Shown here piece by piece: positions 43,001 through 52,700 of a stretch of DNA of 64,000 nucleotides. Below the pieces are notes generated by a model that saw only the letters and a list, made by a program, of their open reading frames with translations, was not told the DNA's origin and ran no database searches. Position 1 is the stretch's first letter. Each line of letters begins with the position of its first letter. A program made the translations under genes and the position numbers. This DNA is from an uncultured Acidobacteriota bacterium (lineage in GTDB: Bacteria > Acidobacteriota > UBA6911 > RPQK01 > JAPXNP01). The stretch spans positions 288,001 to 352,000 of the forward strand of contig CAVZRV010000029.1 of NCBI GenBank assembly GCA_963777605.1. The letters are read 5' to 3'.

Positions 43001-43623
43001 AAGGTTCGACGATTTCGCCTTTCGAGCGAGGTCGGACCAAGACGCTGGCGGTCGATGACGTCCCCCAGACGCTGTCGATCTCGTTCATTTATGAACTCCC
43101 GGGTATCGGTGATGGTGCCGTACGGTCAATTACGAGTGGATGGGCCCTGACCAACATCTTCCGTGCCACGTCAGGTGTCCCCTTCTATTTCCGTGATTCT
43201 CCCAATTGTACCCTTCCGGGACAGTTCCGGATGCGATGTATCCCGAACTACAACGACGGAAGCCTCTACGCTCAGGACAAGGGAAGTTTCGATCCCGCCA
43301 ATGGGCCGCTCTTCAACGCCAGCGCGTTCGAGACGATTCAGCCCTACGAGCAGGGTACCGGGACACCCATCACCAACGAGCGTGGTTTCGGTTACTACAA
43401 CCACGACTTCTCGGTAGTCAAGAACACTCCTATCGGTGAAGTTGCCCGCTTCCAGTTGCGGTTCGAGTTCTTCAACCTGTGGAACTGGCATACCTTCACA
43501 GGAAGTAGTAACTGGGGTTCTCTGCCGTTCGATGTTTCACTGAGTAGTTCCGATTTCGGTACCTGGAACGGGACGGTGAGTCAACCCAGGGTCATCCAGT
43601 TGGGTGCGAGGTTGGAATTCTAG
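40087..43623 (+). CDS. TonB-dependent transporter, Oar-like, with N-terminal carboxypeptidase-regulatory-like domain
   Basis: AGGAGG + ATG 40087; GAVTDSTGGVVPG...GRFSF, LTLNYGLRWD, APRIGIAY, YHSLQLKVDKRF; C-terminal PRVIQLGARLEF. Confidence 0.95.
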   Translation: MQNRTFVRAGVLLAAFLLLSPTLSFAQTINASLSGAVTDSTGGVVPGVELDLTSQETGARATYISDDQGRFSFQNLTPGTYDLRATLTGFKEYVQSGIELNINQKARLNVILQVGEVTETVEVVGQPSQLNFENATREEGISPETLQTLPLLFNSGPRSSASFAILMPGVATGATNSAYDSRINGGLVSGDEAIVDGVSMQQGTMSQSGMISINQDFPYSPDMVSEIKVLTSNYEPQYGGTAGATIIAETKAGTGEFHGSGFWYHRNSALNAAAFDQQKSFQLQHNMGFNVGGPVKLPGIWSDKVKTYFYFNHEQWRINGGASSNRISIPSLKNRQGDFSDWIDSSTGNLIPVYDPDTLRANPNYDPTQAAGVNNLPYLRDQFPGNIIPQDRWANSFALSYFRYLPDPTRPGALLNYDAPPVPDIILANTKYYFYRIDTNIGEKDQLYWSSWSQWAPKNTATALPVQLANNTYTDPQNSWVNRLNWTHTFSPNLINHFAIGYLNRNEGYGSINEAYIDDFPKIPGVAAYTHVPVINFSDGYESYSTTNGFGPPNTTTRPTVVGNTLTTWVKGDHTFKFGAEYRDLGQNFHDATNQAGSYSFNRGTTGLFLAGQAGNPVASFLLEQVGSGNVTFRSVDAWYVRQKALAFYGGDTWKMTPKLTLNYGLRWDVFTPAVETRNNSSFFDPTLANPAAGGLLGGLAFADEFEQRTGRNHPEKTWKGGWAPRIGIAYAWDDKTVIRTGYGIFFHQAYCPGWGGCTSLDGYNANPSFSSTNNGMVAAFVLSEGFPQNFERPPFLEPGYQNGQGIYYRPFDANERAYSQQWNLTVERELVQDMMLSVGYVGNTAIHLPSAMAPPNVLNPSLLSQGVALDAIFQPGMTELNGAAIPYDGWIEQMTGCDPSVAQALLPYPQYCGSIQGIDENAGNSSYHSLQLKVDKRFTQGTFLLVSYTWSKLITTSQQTNEPTSGTWSGQGSTISPFERGRTKTLAVDDVPQTLSISFIYELPGIGDGAVRSITSGWALTNIFRATSGVPFYFRDSPNCTLPGQFRMRCIPNYNDGSLYAQDKGSFDPANGPLFNASAFETIQPYEQGTGTPITNERGFGYYNHDFSVVKNTPIGEVARFQLRFEFFNLWNWHTFTGSSNWGSLPFDVSLSSSDFGTWNGTVSQPRVIQLGARLEF

Positions 43624-43655
43624 CCCCGCGCTTGTACTGAAAGTGCTAGACCCCC

Positions 43656-43688
43656 AAGAAGGCCGCCCAAACGGGCGGCCTTCTTTTT
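43656..43688 (+). terminator. Rho-independent terminator of the TonB-dependent transporter gene
   Basis: AGAAGGCCGCCC-AAAC-GGGCGGCCTTCT followed by TTTT. Confidence 0.85.
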
Positions 43689-43695
43689 CCTTTCT

Positions 43696-43933
43696 TGGAG
43701 TGCGGAAGTGACAACTTCCGCTTTCAACCCTGGCACGGTGGCGGGAAGCGAGAGCTTCCGCTGCGGGGCGGGCCTCCACATACCGAACGTCGGACAAGCT
43801 CCCGGAGGCGGTACCGGAGTGAATTGAGTCGCCTCCCGGGGTTCCCGCCAAAAGGGGAAGCTGTCGCTTCCCAGGTAGAACACAGCCGCTTTCAGGCTGA
43901 GCAAAAGCGGAAGCTTCCGCTTCCGCACCCCAA
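43696..43933. repeat. REP-like family B inverted doublet (REPIN-like)
   Basis: TGGAGTGCGGAAGTGACAACTTCCGCTTT ... AAAAGCGGAAGCTTCCGCTTCCGCACCCCA, with an inner GGAAGCGAGAGCTTCC / GGAAGCTGTCGCTTCC pair. Confidence 0.75.
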
Positions 43934-43963
43934 ATCTGAACTGTGGAATGCTTTCGTGTGGCG

Positions 43964-44519
43964 TCACCGGTTCTGCAGTAACCGGGCTGATCGGTTCTTC
44001 GAGTGCGGTCTGAACGTCTCCGATGGCACCGTAGACGATCTTCGCGAACCGGCCATCCTGGTCGATGACGACGTGGGTGGGAGCGCCACGGACGACATAC
44101 AACTCGGCGATGGGGGTGGCGTCGGGTACCACCTGGTACTCGAACTCGTGAGTCTGGAGAAAGTCTCTGAGGGCATCGGAAGGATCGGCAGCGAAGCCGA
44201 TGAATACCACCTCCCGGCCTTCAAAATGTTGAACCAACTGGTTGAGGGCCGGCATCTCGGCGCGGCAGGGCGGGCAGGCGATGAACCAGAAGTTCAGCAC
44301 GACGACTTTACCCCGCAGGGCAGACAGTTTCAGGGCAGCGCCGTCGAGGTCCTGGACGTCGAAGTCGGGTGCCGGATCACCAACCTTGAAAGAGGTCTGG
44401 AAGGGGGATTGCGCCAGGACGCTGCCGGTGCCGGCCAGGGTGATTGAAAGAATCGCCAGGGCCAAGGTTAAAGCAGGAAGAATCCCTCGCGACAGATCAC
44501 GTTGTTTTTGACAGCCCAT
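43964..44519 (-). CDS. TlpA/ResA-like thiol-disulfide oxidoreductase (true end likely 43964 after a 1-nt indel at ~43985)
   Basis: GDPAPDF, RGKVVVLNFWFIACPPCRAEMP (CxxC) and cis-Pro GAPTHVVID. Removing one C gives PISRLLQNR*. Confidence 0.88.
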
Positions 44520-44751
44520 TCAGGTAACAGCCTCCAGTTCACTCACGATGCCGAGCGTGACTCGACGCTCCCGATCCCGCCTATCCTACCAGTTCTGGTG
44601 CTGTCTGACGTGAAACTACAAATCGCCGGAGACCGGAGACCCGAGACCGTAAAACCGGAGATAGACACAGAGCCGGGGTTAAGGCGCAGCCGCGGCCCCG
44701 GGTTCGCCTGGAGAAGTCTCACTCTTTGAATGGTCCAGCATCGCCCCCGGA

Positions 44752-44994
44752 CGGAAGCTTTCGCTTCCTTTCGACCTGCCGGGGTTCAAAGCGGAAGCTA
44801 TCGCTTCGCGCACTCCATATGAATCCTGCAGTACTGACGGACTCGGTCCTGAAGACCGCATCCCCCTCCGGCCTTCTCTTCATCCGCCAACCTGAATTTG
44901 GGCGCCGCCCCCAATGTGGAGTGCGCGAAGCGACAGCTTCCGCTTTTGCCCAACCCGGAACGTCTCAGCCAGGTTCAGGAAGCGAAAGCTTCCG
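44752..44994. repeat. REP-like family B, two outward-facing units
   Basis: AAAGCGGAAGCTATCGCTTCGCGCACTCCA (44788-44817) and TGGAGTGCGCGAAGCGACAGCTTCCGCTTT (44917-44946), each with a flanking GGAAGCGAAAGCTTCCG in mirror orientation. Confidence 0.78.
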
Positions 44995-45104
44995 TTGCCG
45001 CCAGCTTCAAACTGCATCTTTCGATGGATTGGATGGACATCCGGAGACGCACTTGCTTTACTCGCATACTGAATGCGGGGGAATCGCGATGGTCGGCTGA
45101 GACT

Positions 45105-45197
45105 TGAATCGCACTTTCAGCGCTGCACTGTCGCTTGGTCTCGACGTCCCGGGGCGGTTGCCCCGGGCTGGAAATGACCTTGCGCCGTTGGCGCGCT
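45105..45197 (+). repeat. Composite element A, 3' module only (copy 3)
   Basis: TGAATCGCACTTTCAGCGCTGCA...CCCGGGGCGGTTGCCCCGGGCTGGAAATGACCTTGCGCCGTTGGCGCG. Confidence 0.85.
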
Positions 45198-45307
45198 GGC
45201 CTTGGGGGCCCAACCTTCAGCGCCCGGATTCCTGCTTGAAACTCTGGAAAGTCGAAGGGCTCTCCCGGAACTCGTTCCCGGCCCAGACCCGGGTCCGATG
45301 CGACTCT

Positions 45308-45973
45308 TCATCCCAGAGCACCATCGGGCAGAATTTCGCGAAAATCATTGATTGCCGGGAATTCGTCCTGTTCGCGGGCCGGCCGCCGCGTGTTGGGGCG
45401 CCGGACGGAAATCAGAAACTCGATCCCGTATCTCTGAGCGGACCGGAGAACCGGGAGTGAATCGTCAACGAGCAGCGTGGAGCGGCGGTCGAAGGGTTCT
45501 ACGGCGTCAAGCCGGTCCCAGAACGCGACCTCCTCCTTGGGCAGGCCGAGGTCGTGGGCGCAGATCAGGGCATCCAGAAACCCTCCAAGCTGGGTCTTCC
45601 TCATCTTCAGGCTCAGGCTCTTGCCGTGGGCGTTGGTGACGAGCACTCCGCGTCGCCCGGCCTTCCTTACTGCAAGGAGAAATTCACGGACAAACGGATG
45701 GACGCGGATCAGGTGGTCCACCTCCTGCTTGAGGACAGGAATGTCCAGGCCCAGTTCGCGGCTCCAGAAGTCCACGCAGTACCAGTCGAGAGTCCCTTCG
45801 ATCGACCGGTAACGGCTCAGCAGACTTGCCCGTGCAGCGTCGGGTGTCAGACCGTTCTTCTCGGCGTACCGCAGGGGAACGTGCTCCAGCCAGAAGTAGT
45901 CGTCAAAGTGAAGATCGAGAAGGGTGCCGTCCATGTCGAGCAAAACGGTCTCGATTCTGTCCCAATCAAGCAA
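45308..45973 (-). CDS. yrfG: GMP/IMP nucleotidase (HAD superfamily)
   Basis: IETVLLDMDGTLLDLHFDDYFW, GTLDWYC, VTNAH and LVDDS. Confidence 0.9.
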   Translation of the reverse strand: MLDWDRIETVLLDMDGTLLDLHFDDYFWLEHVPLRYAEKNGLTPDAARASLLSRYRSIEGTLDWYCVDFWSRELGLDIPVLKQEVDHLIRVHPFVREFLLAVRKAGRRGVLVTNAHGKSLSLKMRKTQLGGFLDALICAHDLGLPKEEVAFWDRLDAVEPFDRRSTLLVDDSLPVLRSAQRYGIEFLISVRRPNTRRPAREQDEFPAINDFREILPDGALG

Positions 45974-46066
45974 ATTCGAACTTCCTTCCTCAAACTCGGG
46001 TGACTTGCCTTGCCACTGTGTCGAGTGTACCTTCTCTGAGAATCACCGGCATGAAGCTTGAGCTTT

Positions 46067-46153
46067 TGAACCGCCAAAATCGCGAATTCCGCCAAGGTGT
46101 AGAAGGGTTTGCGACCAAGGAATTCTTCGCGTTCTTGGCGCCTTAGCGGTTCA
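46067..46153. repeat. Imperfect inverted repeat built from 9-nt periodic CGCNAA units
   Basis: TGAACCGCCAAAATCGCGAATTCCGCCAAG ... CTTCGCGTTCTTGGCGCCTTAGCGGTTCA. Confidence 0.6.
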
Positions 46154-46193
46154 GTCAGGGGCGGCACGTCCGTCTCTCCTCGAATGATCCGCG

Positions 46194-47219
46194 TCAACCG
46201 CCCGCCGACTTGAGCTCTTCGACTTCTTTCTGCAACTGCTTGATGATGCGCACCAGGGTCGGGAACTCGTGCATGAGGAGGTAGTTTTTTTTCCAGAGGT
46301 TGCTGTCCATTTCGGGAGTTCCCGAAACCCGTGAACCGGCCGGAACCGAGCGGGCGATCCCTGTCTGTGCCGTCGCAATGACGTCGTCGCTGATCGTCAG
46401 GTGACCGGCCACGCCGACTTGTCCGGCCAGCATGACGCGGTTTTCCACGCGGGTGCTTCCGGCAAGGCCAACCTGGGCGGCGAGAACGTTGTCGTGGCCG
46501 ACCCGGCAGCCATGGCCGACCTGAACCAGGTTGTCGATCTTGGTGCCCCGGCCGATCCGGGTCTCGCCGATGGTGGCCCGGTCAACGCAGGCGTTCGCGC
46601 CCAGTTCCACGTCGTCCTCCAGGACCGCAATCCCGGACTGGACGATCTTGTAGTAAGAGCGGTCTGATCGCGGAGCAAAGCCGAAACCGTCCGCCCCAAC
46701 AATGGCGCCGTTTTGAAGGATGACCCGGTCTCCCAGCCGACAGTGCTCCCGGACCGAAGAGTTGGAGTGGGCGACGAAATGGTCTCCGATCCGGGCGTGG
46801 GGGTAAATGGTCACATTGGGATAGATCGTAGCCCCTTTGCCGATCCGGACATGCTCGCCGATGACGACATTGGCTCCGATGGAGTGGCCTTCGCCCAGTT
46901 CGGCCGTCGTTGCGATAACCGCGGTGGGGTGGATTCCGGGAGCCGGAGAAGGCGGTTGATAGAAGAGCTCGACAGCGCGCGCGAAGTCAAGGTAGGGGTT
47001 TTCCGAGACCAGCGACGGAATTTCAGTGTCAGGGGCGTCGGAAGAGAGTATGATCGCCCCGGCCCGGGTCGAGCGCAGTTGCTTGACATACTTGGGATTG
47101 GAGAGGAAAGTGAGGTCCTGCGACTGGGCATCTTCGATTCCCGCCGGTCCGCGAATTTCCAGCTCTTCCGGTCCCTTCAGCCTGCATCCCAATCGCTTCG
47201 CAATGTCACCTAATTTCAT
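46194..47219 (-). CDS. lpxD: UDP-3-O-(3-hydroxymyristoyl)glucosamine N-acyltransferase
   Basis: [34 protein letters not shown] and hexapeptide repeats. Confidence 0.96.
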   Translation of the reverse strand: MKLGDIAKRLGCRLKGPEELEIRGPAGIEDAQSQDLTFLSNPKYVKQLRSTRAGAIILSSDAPDTEIPSLVSENPYLDFARAVELFYQPPSPAPGIHPTAVIATTAELGEGHSIGANVVIGEHVRIGKGATIYPNVTIYPHARIGDHFVAHSNSSVREHCRLGDRVILQNGAIVGADGFGFAPRSDRSYYKIVQSGIAVLEDDVELGANACVDRATIGETRIGRGTKIDNLVQVGHGCRVGHDNVLAAQVGLAGSTRVENRVMLAGQVGVAGHLTISDDVIATAQTGIARSVPAGSRVSGTPEMDSNLWKKNYLLMHEFPTLVRIIKQLQKEVEELKSAGG

Positions 47220-47252
47220 ATGTTGATGATAACTTAAGCGCGGTTCCCGAAC

Positions 47253-48845
47253 ATGTCCAGAGGAGAGCGCTCAGCCCGGGCGGCGGGCAAAGTCAGTATT
47301 GCGGTTTTGCTCAGCCGGATTCTCGGTTTGGTCCGCGATCAGTTCTTTGCCAAGCTGTTTGGTGCCGGTCTTTATAACGATGCCTGGCTGGTCGCCTTCC
47401 GCATCCCCAACTTGCTCCGCGATCTGTTTGCCGAAGGAGCCCTGAGCGCCGCTTTCCTTCCCACCTTCACGGAAGCTCTGCGGAAGGAAGGGAGGCCGCA
47501 GGCCTGGCACTTGGCGAACCTGGTCTTTTCCCTGCTTTTGATCGTGCTGGGTGTCTTGACCCTGCTCCTCTTCCTTTTCTCGGATCTGTGTGTGAACCTC
47601 CTGGCAGCAGGCTTTTCCGAGGTCCCGGGAAAGGTCGAAATCACTTCGATCCTGATCAAGATCCTGGCGCCGTTTCTCCTTCTCGTCGCGCTGGCGTCGG
47701 TGGCGATGGGAGTACTCAACGCGCTCAACCACTACTTTCTGCCTGCCCTCGCTCCCGCGCTTTTCAACATTGCCCTGATCGTCACGGCGATATTTGGAGT
47801 CCCGCTGTTCGAGTCGGCAGGAATTCTGCCGATCTACGCCATGGGGGTCGGTGCCATCGTGGGGGGAATCCTCCAGTTCGCGGTGCAGTGGCCGATCATG
47901 CGCCGCGAAGGGTTCCGCTTCGGGTTCAGAATTGACTGGGGTCACCCCGGAATCCGGAGAATCCGTCGCCTCCTCGGGCCGGCTGTAATCGGAGTCAGCG
48001 CCGTCCAGATCAACGTGCTTGTCAACACCCAGTTGGCGTCGTTCCTGCAGGACAACGGACCGGTCTCCTGGCTGAGCTACGCGTTCCGGATCATGTACCT
48101 GCCGATTGGCCTTTTCGGAGTGGCCGTCGGTGTTGTCAACCTCCGCGAAGTTTCCGTTTACGTGGCCCAGGGACGTTTCGACGAGTTGAAGGAGACCGTG
48201 GCCAACTCGGTCAAGCTGGTCTCGTTTCTCTCCATCCCGTCAACGATCGGCCTGATCGTTCTGGCCGGTCCGATCGTACGACTCCTGTTCCAGCGGGGCG
48301 ACTTCACGCCCGCCGACACTCACTTCACCGCCTGGGCCCTGATTGCCTACTCGGTCGGCCTGTTTGCCTACAGCTGCAACAAGGTCTACGTGCCAACCTT
48401 TTATGCCCTCGACGACACCAAGACGCCGGTGCGGATTTCGCTGTTTGCCGTTGCCACTAACCTGGTCGTCAATCTGATCTTGATCGCCACCTTTCCCGAT
48501 GACTACCGTTTTGTCGGACTGGCCATGGGAACGGCGGTCTCCGTGAGTGTCAGCAATTCGCTCCTCTCCTACCGGCTCCGGCGCAGGCTGGGAGGTTTCC
48601 AGGAGTTTGGCATAATCGGCAGCGTGGGTCGGTGTGTTCTGGCGGCGGCGGTCATGGGGACCGGGGTCTGGCTTGCCCTTCCTCTCCTGCAGCGATGGCT
48701 GGGGACGGAGCGGGTGCTCGACCAGGCAGCCGTCCTGGCCCTGGTCATCGGGCTTGGACTGGGGTTGTACATCGGTGGGTGCCGCCTCCTGCGAGTGACC
48801 GAGGTCGAGTACCTGGCAAAGATCTGGCGCCGGGTGGTGTCATGA
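47253..48845 (+). CDS. murJ: Lipid II flippase MurJ (MviN)
   Basis: [30 protein letters not shown] and LPIGLFGVA; many TM segments. Confidence 0.95.
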   Translation: MSRGERSARAAGKVSIAVLLSRILGLVRDQFFAKLFGAGLYNDAWLVAFRIPNLLRDLFAEGALSAAFLPTFTEALRKEGRPQAWHLANLVFSLLLIVLGVLTLLLFLFSDLCVNLLAAGFSEVPGKVEITSILIKILAPFLLLVALASVAMGVLNALNHYFLPALAPALFNIALIVTAIFGVPLFESAGILPIYAMGVGAIVGGILQFAVQWPIMRREGFRFGFRIDWGHPGIRRIRRLLGPAVIGVSAVQINVLVNTQLASFLQDNGPVSWLSYAFRIMYLPIGLFGVAVGVVNLREVSVYVAQGRFDELKETVANSVKLVSFLSIPSTIGLIVLAGPIVRLLFQRGDFTPADTHFTAWALIAYSVGLFAYSCNKVYVPTFYALDDTKTPVRISLFAVATNLVVNLILIATFPDDYRFVGLAMGTAVSVSVSNSLLSYRLRRRLGGFQEFGIIGSVGRCVLAAAVMGTGVWLALPLLQRWLGTERVLDQAAVLALVIGLGLGLYIGGCRLLRVTEVEYLAKIWRRVVS

Positions 48846-49741
48846 CGGACAGGACGCTTGAGGCTTTCATCAGTTACCTGAGAGTGGAGCGAGGGCTTTC
48901 CGCGAACACCATCGACGCCTACCGGCGTGACGTGCTGGACTTCCTGGAATTTCTCGAACGGCGCAAGCTCCAACTCGACGAGGTGGAAAGGACCGAGCTG
49001 ATGGCCTATCTCCAGGAACTCTATCAGCGCCTGTCTCCGCGTTCGATCAGCCGGAAGATCGTCAGCCTGCGTTCGTTTTATCGATTTCTGAATCTGGACG
49101 GCTACGTGGTGAACGATCCCACCGAGACGATGGAGTCCCCCAAGACCTGGCGGTCGCTTCCCAAGTACCTGACCCAGGAGGAGGTGGAGCGCCTGCTCGC
49201 CACCCCCGACCTGACGACCCGGCACGGAATCCGCGATCGGGCGATGCTGGAAGTGCTCTATGCCAGCGGTCTCAGGGTGTCCGAGTTGGTACGGCTGAAG
49301 AAAGAGTCAATCAACACGGAGGTCGGTTATCTTCGCATCGTCGGTAAAGGAAACAAGGAACGCATCGTTCCGCTGGGGGACAAGGCGATCGAGTCACTGA
49401 AGGAATACCTGCGGGAAGCCTATCCATACTTCGGCCGCCACTCCCCCGCCTCGCGCTTCGTGTTCCTGACCCAGCAGGGGCGTCCCATGAGCCGGCAGTA
49501 CTTCTGGATGACGGTAGAAAAGCTGGGCCGGCTGGCGGGGCTCCGTCAAAAGTTGAGTCCCCACGTTCTTCGGCACAGCTTCGCCACCCACCTCCTGGAG
49601 AACGGCGCCGACCTTCGAGCCGTCCAGATGATGCTCGGACACGCCGACATCTCCACGACGCAAATCTACACCCACGTCACCCGCCAGCGCCTCAAGCAGA
49701 TGTACGACCGGCTGCACCCCAGGGCGGAGTTGGGCCGCTAG
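48842..49741 (+). CDS. xerD: Site-specific tyrosine recombinase XerD
   Basis: ERGLSANTIDAYRRD, RDRAMLEVLYASGLRVSEL, GKGNKERIVP, SPHVLRHSFATHLLENGADLRAVQMMLGHADISTTQIYTHV; ATGA overlap with murJ. Confidence 0.93.
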   Translation: MTDRTLEAFISYLRVERGLSANTIDAYRRDVLDFLEFLERRKLQLDEVERTELMAYLQELYQRLSPRSISRKIVSLRSFYRFLNLDGYVVNDPTETMESPKTWRSLPKYLTQEEVERLLATPDLTTRHGIRDRAMLEVLYASGLRVSELVRLKKESINTEVGYLRIVGKGNKERIVPLGDKAIESLKEYLREAYPYFGRHSPASRFVFLTQQGRPMSRQYFWMTVEKLGRLAGLRQKLSPHVLRHSFATHLLENGADLRAVQMMLGHADISTTQIYTHVTRQRLKQMYDRLHPRAELGR

Positions 49742-52700
49742 TAACTTCCTCCCACAATCGGGACCAGGTAGCCGCCGTTGGGAGCCACGTCGGTCGGCCG
49801 GTTACTGGGTCCGATGATCACGCCGAAGTTGATCGGCAGCGTCACGTCGAGATCGAGCAGGAACGCGTTGATCGCGATGTAGTCGGTCAGGCCGGGTTGG
49901 CGGAAGACGAGGGCGGAGCCGACCGTTTGGCCGGTGACAGCGTTTTTGACCGAGACTTCACCCTCGTATTCGCTGTAGGAGGTATAGGTGGAGAAGTCGA
50001 TTCGGTACTCGACCCCCAGATTCGAAGTGTACGGACTGGTGAGGTCAATGAAAGACGTTGCCCCGGTATTTGGGTTCCGGTCGGTATCCATTTCGAGGTA
50101 TCCCGAAAGGTGGGCCGGGTCGATCGGTCCGTTGAACAGTATTGAGAAGACGATGTTGCCCGGTCCCTCTCCCTGACCACCGACCACGAGGGTCAGATCC
50201 ACCGTGTCAGTGCCAGGATTAAATGTGTCTCCGACGGGGTCGGCAAATCCAGAACCGTACTGCGCGGAACCAACGTTCTTCTGCTGGTTGACGTAGAGGT
50301 CGGGGACGGGAACGAGAGCGGCCCGGGTGGTTCCTCCGGAGGCCTCGCCAATGAGGATGCCGGAGTTGCCCGTGAAGTCGTTGTCCACCGGGAGGTAGGA
50401 GATCTCCTGGACTCCTGCGTCGCTCAACCAGTTTATGTCGAAGTTTCCTGAAGGACCGGCGAGGACGATCCGGTCGGATTCCTGGTCGGCGATTAGGACC
50501 TGGAACGCAGCGGGGCAGGGGATTTCCTTCCGGTAAAGCCCAAGAATCTGTCCCGCCGAACCCAGGTTGAGAATCGTGCGACTCTCTCCGGTCAACCGGT
50601 CGTACTCGAGAAGTCGCCCGGTTCCATCGGTAACGTAGATGTTTCCGGTACAGGCGTCGACTGAAACGCCGCGGGCGTTGTTGATGCCGCTGATCAGCGT
50701 TGCAACCTGGGGATCGTCGGAAACCGACGCCAGGGACGCACCGCTTGTGGTCAGGTCGGTTTCCAGGCTGGTTCGTTCGACGCTCCAGATACCGGAAGCA
50801 TCGGCGACCAGGAGGTTTCGGGTGACCGGGTCGAATGCCATCGAATTGGGCTGGTCCAGGCCGGACCAAACCGAAACCAGGGCCGTTCTCGGCTCGCGAG
50901 GATCGAATCGGAGGATCTCTCCCCCGGCCTGGTCACAAAAGAGAAGATACTCGTTGCCGTCGCCGGCGGTGAAGTCGAGCATCTTGACGATGTTCTTTCC
51001 GGAATAACCCCGAATGCGGGTTCGGACTCCTGCCGACGTTGCCGAATAGATGTCGGTCGATGGTCCGGCCTGGGGATTCATCCCGGAACTCGTGACCCCT
51101 GACTGCAATTCGGCGCTATAGAGTAGTTTGAGGCTCCTGAGGTAGGTCAGCGACTGAACCACACCGGTGCCCTGAAAGAGAACCTCTTTGGCCAGCACGT
51201 CAACCGAGGCGCCGCCCTTGGCATTGCCCGCCTTGCCTGAAATCGTCACCGGCAGGGCCAGGGTGGAAGGATCGGATCCGGGCGCCGTGTAGACTCCGGT
51301 CGCACTGATGACGCCAACCTGGGCGCTGCCCGACTCGACCCCGTTGACGTCCCACTGGACCCCGGACTGCGGCTTTCCCTCGCCGTCAAGCGCAGTAAAT
51401 TGCGTGGTTTTGCCGGGCTGGACCACGGCCAGGGGAGGGTTGATCTTGATCGACGGCAGGGCCGCGTCGGGCTGATAGTCTGATGGTGCCGGCTGGGGAG
51501 GGATATTTGCCAGAACGAGGTGTTGGTCGGCGTCATTGCCGTTCGGAGCGGTCCCGAACAGGGATGTCAGGTAGGCTGGCTGTTCCGTCTTGACCCAGAT
51601 AAATCCGCCCGACTGCCCGTCGGCCGCATTATCGGGTATCAACTCGGTGATCAACTTGCTGATCCGTTCCCCCGGCTGCAGGACTCCGTCGAAGATCCCG
51701 AGGGAGGCCCCGGTTGCTTTGTTGAAAGCCATGACCCGATAGGGATTCGCGATTTGGCCGGGATTCAGGATCGCGACGCCCGTGAAATACCCCAGCGAAG
51801 TCGCCACGTGCGAGAAGATCGCCCGGTCCATGGCCTCAGGCTGGGAGGCTACCGCGGCGGCTGAACCGAAGGCCGGAATTCCATAAGTCACGAAGCCGGT
51901 CATCGCAGGCCCGGAGCTTTCGACCTTGAGCCATCCGTCGACCGTGTTGTCTCCACTGAAGCCGAACAGCTCCGCCACATCCCGGTAGACTGCGTTGCCG
52001 GCCGGGAGGGTAATGAGTGCGGGGTTCGATCCCTGCAGGGCGTTTCCCTGGTACAGGTTGCCGCTCGATTCGCGGGCGGAGACGGTGGCGATAATCGGGG
52101 TGTCGGAAAGGTTGACCAGCCCGAGGTTAGTGACCCAGGGTCCCAGGACGGCCATTTGCGGGAAGTAGAGGATGTCGAGCCCCTCGCTGGTCGGGCGCGC
52201 ATTCAGGCCGACCAGGTCCTGCCCCTGGGAACGGACCATTTCAAACCCGCCGATCGGAGCGCTGCCGGTGACCAGAAGGAACGTACCGTCGGGAGCGGCT
52301 TCCACGCCGAAGTTCTGTTTGAGGTCGAGCCGTACAATGCCTTTTGCCGGGACGGTGACTGCACCGGTGGCCGATTTCGGAGCTCCCTCTCCGCCGACAA
52401 AGAGCTGCAGGTCCAGTTCAGAGGCCTGCGTCCCGGGGTTGATAATGTTGATCTCCGTGGAGTATCCCTCTCCTTCCCGAATGCGGGGAAAAACCAGTTT
52501 CCGGCCCGACTCGGGGAGGTCGGCACCGTCGAACAGGGTGATCGACCCATCAAGGAAGAGAAAGAACCCGGTGATGCCGTCGGAGGTACTTGTCGCCTGC
52601 ATCCAGCCGAACTGGCTTGCTGGAAGGGAAGCCCCAAAGATCTCCGTGGTTGTCAGAGCAATCTGCCGGAGGGCCGGAATGGTCAGTTGGACCGTGTTCT

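Noticed and set aside
43620-43963. C-terminal extension of the TlpA ORF
   Set aside because: Runs through REP repeats and the transporter terminator; artefact of a 1-nt indel.
48842-49741. Tyrosine recombinase as a prophage or island integrase
   Set aside because: The sequence is typical housekeeping XerD coupled to murJ; no att sites, phage genes or dif site seen.
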